Source: Hadesarchaea archaeon (GTDB lineage: Archaea; Hadarchaeota; Hadarchaeia; Hadarchaeales; Hadarchaeaceae). From it: a stretch of DNA of 64,000 nt. The stretch spans positions 128,001-192,000 of the forward strand of contig JAPDJH010000004.1 of the NCBI GenBank assembly GCA_029259175.1, given 5' to 3'. Made by a program: the position numbers and the translations under genes. The notes below the pieces were generated by a model that searched no databases, was not told the DNA's origin, and saw only the letters and a list, made by a program, of their open reading frames with translations. Below, one piece after another: positions 60,669 through 64,000 of this stretch (its first letter is position 1; each line of letters begins with the position of its first letter).

Positions 60669-61202
60669 ATGATCGAGATTACCATTCACGGGAGAGGCGG
60701 ACTTGGCGCCGTAACTGCGGCACGCTTGCTCGCCGAAGCAGCTTTCCGGGAAGGCAAACACTGCCAAGCTTTTCCTTCTTTTGGAGCTGAGCGGAGAGGG
60801 GCTCCGGTTGCAGCGTTTGTCAGAATAAACGAAAAACCCATCCGGGCACGCGGCATGGTGTACGCGCCCGACCACGTTGTTGTTCTGGATCCGTCCCTGA
60901 TCGACGCGGTGGAGATCACTCAAGGACTAAAAAGGGATGGGTGGGTGATCATAAACTCTAAAAACAAACCGAACCGGCTCTCTTGGCCGAAAATAGCATG
61001 GGTGGACGCCACCACCATAGCAAACGAAACTCTGGGCAGACCGATCGTCAACACGGCAATGCTGGGGGCCCTGGTCAAGGTCACAGAGATCGTCAGCCTA
61101 ACATCACTGACAAAAACCGTTGAGGAATACTTCAAAGGAAAGGGAGCGGTGGGGAATGTGAACGCCGTTAGACTGGCGTACGAGGGGGTACGAACCGAAT
61201 GA
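60669..61202 (+). CDS. porC: Pyruvate/2-oxoacid:ferredoxin oxidoreductase gamma subunit
   Basis: HGRGGLG, FGAERRGAPV, NTAMLGA. Confidence 0.9.
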   Translation: MIEITIHGRGGLGAVTAARLLAEAAFREGKHCQAFPSFGAERRGAPVAAFVRINEKPIRARGMVYAPDHVVVLDPSLIDAVEITQGLKRDGWVIINSKNKPNRLSWPKIAWVDATTIANETLGRPIVNTAMLGALVKVTEIVSLTSLTKTVEEYFKGKGAVGNVNAVRLAYEGVRTE

Positions 61203-61456
61203 AACTCCTGCCTGGCGCAGTCATAGACCGGCCCGGGAACTCTGAAGAGTACCAAACAGGAGGGTGGAGAACCAAGCGCCCGATCATCGATCCAGAAAAG
61301 TGTAAGGCATGCGGCACGTGCTGGGTCTACTGTCCAGACGCTGCCATCATCCCTGGAAATCCCTACACCATAGACTACCGGTATTGTAAGGGGTGCGGGA
61401 TATGCGCCAACGAGTGCCCGTTTAAAGCCATCCGAATGGAGGAGGAAATCAAATGA
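61199..61456 (+). CDS. porD: Oxidoreductase delta subunit
   Basis: TGGWRT, two 4Fe-4S motifs, YCKGCGICANECP. Confidence 0.9.
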   Translation: MKLLPGAVIDRPGNSEEYQTGGWRTKRPIIDPEKCKACGTCWVYCPDAAIIPGNPYTIDYRYCKGCGICANECPFKAIRMEEEIK

Positions 61457-62637
61457 AAATGATTCTTACCGGCAATGAGGCTGCCGCTTACGCCGCCAAG
61501 CTCGCTCGGGTTCAGGTTATATCAGCCTACCCCATCACCCCCCAGACAATAGTGGTAGAAAAGCTGTCAGAATTCATAGCCAACGGTGAGCTAAACGCAG
61601 AATTCATCAAGGTGGAGTCAGAACACAGCGCCATGAGTGCTTGCATCGGAGCTGCAGCCGCTGGGGCAAGGGCGTTCACCGCAACCTCCTCCCAAGGCCT
61701 CATGCTGATGAGCGAAATGCTCTTCGTTGCAGCAGGTCTTCGTCTTCCCATAGTGATGACCAACGCCAATCGTTCTCTTTCCGCCCCCCTAAGCATATGG
61801 TGCGACCAACAGGACTCCATGGCAGTCCGCGACTCTGGCTGGATTCAGATCTACTGCGAAAACAACCAAGAGATCTTGGACAGCACTCTCCAAGCATTCA
61901 AAATCGCCGAGTCCGAGCTGGTGCCTGTAATGGTGTGCTACGACGGCTATATCCTCTCCCACACTGCCGAGCCAGTAGACGTGCCATCGCAGTCTGATGT
62001 CGACAAATTCCTTCCACCGTACCGCTACCCGTACACGCTGGATCCGGAAAAGCCTGTAACTCTTGGGTGTGTTGGAACCCCGCCGTATTACACCGAGTTC
62101 CGCTATATGCTGCAACAGGCTCTCTTGAAGGCCAAAGAGACTGTGAAAGAAGTCGGTGCAGAGTTCGGAAAATCCTTTGGAAGGCCATATTCCGTGCTGG
62201 ACGCATATCATTGCAACGACGCTGATGTGGTCTTAATAACCTTGGGCTCCCTGGCCGGTCCACTGAAGGAGCTAATCGACGAAAAGCGAGAGCAAGGTGA
62301 AAAGATTGGGCTCGTCAGATTAAGACTGTTCAGACCATTCCCAGCAGAGGAACTGGTGTCCGCTGTCAAAAACGCCAAAGCAATAGGGGTGTTAGAAAAA
62401 GACGTTTCACTGGGATCCACAGGTGCGCTTTATTTAGACGTCAGCAACGCTCTCCTGTGTTATGGGATTGCTGTTCCTACCATCAACTTTATCTGTGGTT
62501 TGGCTGGACGGGACATCTCACCCGCAGATCTAGACTATGTCTTCAAAACCACCACCAAAGCCGCACAGGAGGGAAAAGCTGAACAGCGCGTGGTCTGGCT
62601 GGGGCTGAGAAAAGACCTGATAGGTGAGGGAACGTGA
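61453..62637 (+). CDS. porA: Oxidoreductase alpha subunit
   Basis: [21 protein letters not shown]. Confidence 0.92.
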   Translation: MKMILTGNEAAAYAAKLARVQVISAYPITPQTIVVEKLSEFIANGELNAEFIKVESEHSAMSACIGAAAAGARAFTATSSQGLMLMSEMLFVAAGLRLPIVMTNANRSLSAPLSIWCDQQDSMAVRDSGWIQIYCENNQEILDSTLQAFKIAESELVPVMVCYDGYILSHTAEPVDVPSQSDVDKFLPPYRYPYTLDPEKPVTLGCVGTPPYYTEFRYMLQQALLKAKETVKEVGAEFGKSFGRPYSVLDAYHCNDADVVLITLGSLAGPLKELIDEKREQGEKIGLVRLRLFRPFPAEELVSAVKNAKAIGVLEKDVSLGSTGALYLDVSNALLCYGIAVPTINFICGLAGRDISPADLDYVFKTTTKAAQEGKAEQRVVWLGLRKDLIGEGT

Positions 62638-63506
62638 AGGGATTTCCGGCTGAAGAGCTGATCGCCAGAGGACACAGGGCGTGTGCTGGCTGCGGGTGTA
62701 TTCTCGCCCTGCGCCACATTATGAAAGCTCTCGGAAGGAACACGATAGTGGTAGCGGTCACCGGCTGTATGGAAGTGGTCACCACGCCCTATCCGCACAC
62801 GGCTTGGAGAGTCCCGTGGATTCACGCCGCATTCGAAAATGCTGCGTCGGTGGCTTCCGGTGTAGCGAGAGCGCTAAAGGTACGGGGTCGAGAGGACGTA
62901 AAAGTGGTTGCCATCGCTGGAGACGGAGGAACCGCAGACATCGGACTTCAAGCGCTCTCCGGTGCGCTGGAACGGAACGAAAACATGCTTTACATCTGTT
63001 ATGACAACGAGGCCTACGAAAACACAGGAATCCAGAGGAGTGGATCTACTCCTCTCTATGCGTGGACCACGACTACTCCCGTGGGGAAGGTGTGGCGCGG
63101 AGAAGACAGACCAAAAAAGGACTTGCCCGCGATCGTTGCGGCCCACGGTGCTCCGTATGTGGCCACTGCTTCGGTCGCATATCCGCTCGACCTCATCAAA
63201 AAGGTCAAGAAGGCGGCAGCGATCCGCGGTCCAACCTATATTCACGTGCATGCCACGTGTGTGCCGGGATGGCGGATACCCGAGCATAAAAGCATAGAGG
63301 TGGCCAGAATGGCTGTGCTGACGGGTGTATGGATCCTCTATGAAATAGAAAACGGAAAAATCCAAGTGACTTTCAAGCCGCCAAAGCGAAAACCTGTGGC
63401 AGAATATCTTCGGATGCAGGGACGCTTTAGGCACCTGAGCGACAAGGAGATCGCTGAAATCCAAAAAATGGTCGACGAACAATGCAAAAAATTCGGTATC
63501 GACTAA
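62634..63506 (+). CDS. porB: Oxidoreductase beta subunit
   Basis: CAGC, TGC, GDGG..DIG, YDNEAY.NTGIQRS. Confidence 0.92.
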   Translation: MKGFPAEELIARGHRACAGCGCILALRHIMKALGRNTIVVAVTGCMEVVTTPYPHTAWRVPWIHAAFENAASVASGVARALKVRGREDVKVVAIAGDGGTADIGLQALSGALERNENMLYICYDNEAYENTGIQRSGSTPLYAWTTTTPVGKVWRGEDRPKKDLPAIVAAHGAPYVATASVAYPLDLIKKVKKAAAIRGPTYIHVHATCVPGWRIPEHKSIEVARMAVLTGVWILYEIENGKIQVTFKPPKRKPVAEYLRMQGRFRHLSDKEIAEIQKMVDEQCKKFGID

Positions 63507-64000
63507 TCGATGTGCGCATCATCGATCTTTGTCCACTGGGGCATGCCTGGTGTCCAAACAAGAGCGTTTGGCTTGATCCGGCCTTCCGATTTCCATTTCC
63601 TCAATACATCCAACGACACAGGCCCGTACTGAACACCGTCCTGATACAGATACCAGAGGGAGGGAGTGCTCGGAGGTGAAGGACCCCGCTTTCTAGCACC
63701 TAGGTAGTAAAGGAAGAGACCAGTGCCCGCACCGAGCAGTGCCACAAGGATCCACAAGTTCAAGAAAGAGGAGGGTGCCTCCAGCTCCCAAGCGTAAGGC
63801 GAGTTCCACGCTGTTTCGAAAATGTTTTCTAACTTCGACACTATTTCCGGACTCTCAAAGACTATGCCCAGATCCCTGGTCGCTCCCGGAGTCCAACCGT
63901 CTACCGTCACCGAGTAGCCCATGTGGGGAGCAAACCAGTTGGCGCTTCCTACATATGCTCGCTCGCCGTCCACAAAGAGGGTTTTAGCGTGCAGCCACCC
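63503..64000 (-). CDS. Phospholipase D-family protein with TM helix and C-terminal GYF-like domain (5'-truncated)
   Basis: [20 protein letters not shown] (HKD), hydrophobic helix, WY...QYGP...VW..GM..W. Confidence 0.8.
   Translation of the reverse strand, partial: GWLHAKTLFVDGERAYVGSANWFAPHMGYSVTVDGWTPGATRDLGIVFESPEIVSKLENIFETAWNSPYAWELEAPSSFLNLWILVALLGAGTGLFLYYLGARKRGPSPPSTPSLWYLYQDGVQYGPVSLDVLRKWKSEGRIKPNALVWTPGMPQWTKIDDAHID

Overview
Archaeal chromosomal window from an apparently anaerobic, thermophilic lineage. Markers include PAN, TFE, Trm56, GatCAB, SepCysS, BpsA, tetraether synthase, CofE and POR; a Hadarchaeota-like origin is a guess that I cannot verify. Most of it is housekeeping genes with six tRNAs. 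Four regions stand out. (1) A ~14 kb element is integrated at the 3' end of tRNA-Gly (att core TCCCGCCGGCCGCA at 19064 and 33057). Its tyrosine integrase is split by the att site, and it carries HEPN, PD-(D/E)XK, RNase H-like, Dcm plus mismatch-glycosylase and GHKL-ATPase genes, plus two strongly structured non-coding segments, one a box C/D-bounded RNA. (2) A compact archaeal SMC-like/ScpA/kite operon lies ~740 bp from a cluster of 16-bp palindromes TGTCCCATATGGGACA that resemble bacterial parS; a second cluster lies ~18.5 kb away. (3) A large sulfur-relay/cofactor gene cluster includes a HypC-thioesterase fusion and a SAMP with a C-terminal extension. (4) A structured leader or ncRNA lies upstream of sufS. 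All calls come from reading motifs by eye; no searches were run.
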